DNA from: Eledone cirrhosa
Taxonomy: Eukaryota
Length of the DNA: 64,000 nt
Reading direction: 5' to 3'
NCBI GenBank assembly: GCA_964016885.1
Contig: CAXHJY010001419.1
Location: 1-64,000 of the forward strand
The notes under the pieces: model-generated
Told to the model about the DNA's origin: nothing
What the model saw: only the letters and a program-made list of their open reading frames with translations
Database searches by the model: none
Part shown: positions 62,385 to 64,000 of the stretch, in pieces
Layout of the letters: every line of letters starts with the position of its first letter
Position numbering within the stretch: position 1 is the stretch's first letter
Program-made: the position numbers and the translations under genes

Positions 62385-62416
62385 ATATCAAAAGATGGTT
62401 AAAAGAGTTCCATGTA

Positions 62417-62483
62417 TTTTATTATGCGCATTTCAAAAACAAATATCATCATGCAATAACATTTGTGTTTTCATCAGATAAAA
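62417..62483 (-). ncRNA. Type I hammerhead ribozyme, family A
   Basis: ttttat CTGATGA aaacacaaatg-ttattgcatgatga-tatttgttttt GAAA tgcgca TA ataaaa. Confidence 0.78.
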
Positions 62484-62600
62484 TAGGAAGACATGATATG
62501 AAGGTTAAAGAACACTTGTGAATAGTGCAGTTTTAAACCAACATAGTCTTATCCGATATCTGCATTGCTTTATTGTACTACAATAAAACTCACCTCCTAC

Positions 62601-62667
<67 letters not shown>

Positions 62668-62720
62668 CGGCGATGAATTAGTTTTGCGAGGTTTTTTATA
62701 TGAAATCGTGTGTCGAAACA

Positions 62721-63110
62721 AATATTGTTATACTTGGGGAGGGTCATATTTGTGTAATATTGCCAGAATTAATAACAGAACACACTCACTGTTTGGTTGG
62801 TTTTCGCTTCTCGCTTCTGTGTCTTTTATATCGGTAATCTAACTTACTCGGTCCTCAATGTTGCCATTGACTGACCGACGGTCAACAATAATACAGATAC
62901 AATATAGACACAAACACATATATATAGTTTATCATAAATCTTTCGTTGCACATCTGCAACATCGTCAGTGGTGTTATATTTTCCTCCTCTTGTATTGTAT
63001 GTCTACGCCATTTTTATTCAGTCTGTCTATATATATATTTATTTATTTGCTTGTTTGTTTATTTTATGGCAATATTACACAAACATGACCCTCCCCAAGT
63101 ATAACAATAT
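62721..63110. mobile_element. MITE with ~45-bp TIRs
   Basis: ATATTGTTATACTTGGGGAGGGTCATATTTGTGTAATATTGCCA and its near-perfect inverse ending about 63110. Confidence 0.8.
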
Positions 63111-63167
63111 ATATATATATATATATCAATGATATTAATAAATGGAAACTATATTTATAAAATCATT

Positions 63168-63228
63168 TATTCTATTATATATATTTCAAGGGTACCAACA
63201 TTTTGGTACGCTCTCATCAGATAAAATA
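63168..63228 (-). ncRNA. Type I hammerhead ribozyme, family B
   Basis: tattttat CTGATGA gagcgtaccaa-aatg-ttggtaccctt GAAA tatata TA atagaata. Confidence 0.85.
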
Positions 63229-63282
63229 CAAAGTTTGTTTTATAAATAGTGACGTACCCAGGAATCAAACCTTAACGGTTCA

Positions 63283-63430
63283 AGATGGACCATAACGCAC
63301 CAATGTACTCAATACTTAGGGTAGCAGGGTGGGTAATAGGAACAAGTATGATCCCGACGGCAGAGCTCAAGCCGTTTCGACGGCTAATTCTGGACTGAAT
63401 TAGCCGTCGGGGTCATACTCGTTCCTATAT
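63283..63430. mobile_element. Family C fold-back element
   Basis: Homologous to 27011-27212 and 30838-31033. Confidence 0.65.
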
Positions 63431-63484
63431 ATATATATATATAAGTATATATGTCAATCATTGTAAGTTTCATGGTGGTGGTGA

Positions 63485-63534
<50 letters not shown>

Positions 63535-63651
63535 AATGTCAGACAATTGTTCCAGTTCACTTTTTGTCTTTGATATTTTTCAAATTAACTTTTATACATT
63601 TAAAAAAATGATTTCTGTAATTTACACATAATTCTAATTTAATGACATTAA

Positions 63652-63748
63652 GTGATGAGGGAACAGCTGTTCCTCGGTGGCAAGTTTACCTGCCAGCTAC
63701 TGAGAAGGAGGAGGAGGACGAGGAAGCGGAAGAGGAAGGTTAAAGCAG
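63652..63748 (+). CDS. Possible isolated internal coding exon (acidic peptide)
   Basis: GC-richer unique island after an AT-rich ...TTAAG acceptor; reads DEGTAVPRWQVYLPATEKEEEDEEAEEE; GT donor candidates at about 63748 and 63772; no homology recognised. Confidence 0.25.
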
Positions 63749-63910
63749 TTGTTACGTTTGGTGTGAGTCTAGTGACACCCTCCGTGAGCACATATATATA
63801 TAGATATATACACTCATATACATGTTTATATACATGTACACACACAGATAAAAATATGTACACTTAAACGTATACAATACGCATTTATATATATACATAC
63901 ACACATACAC

Positions 63911-63969
<59 letters not shown>

Positions 63970-64000
63970 ATGATATTAATAAATGGAAAGTATATTTATA

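Overview
Eukaryotic, gene-poor and extremely repeat-rich DNA, most likely from an octopod cephalopod (inferred from the abundant tRNA-derived SINE and the very long (TA)n tracts). No intact protein-coding gene is supported. Almost all ORFs in the track are microsatellite translations, and the rest are fragments of LINEs (RTE, CRE-like, CR1-group, L1/Tx1, R4/Dong), a Penelope-like GIY-YIG element and a mariner. The main hidden signal is a dense population of minimal type I hammerhead ribozyme (HHR) motifs. I can fold about 20 by eye, in at least 6-7 unrelated sequence families. They sit in short elements embedded in (TA)n and often form fold-back palindromes or head-to-tail repeats of about 420 bp, as expected for Penelope-like pseudo-LTRs or non-autonomous retrozymes. 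One HHR carries the U3-A8 core covariant. Several otherwise unrelated families share a second, covarying bulged hairpin (RCTC-NNN-loop-NNN-TH-GAGY) in the tail 3' of the ribozyme, a candidate undescribed cis-element. Also seen: an hAT-type MITE with an 8-bp TSD that contains a SINE+R4 segment copied from 6.6 kb away, and a SINE-derived 61-bp minisatellite. All structures were folded by eye, with no searches or folding programs run.
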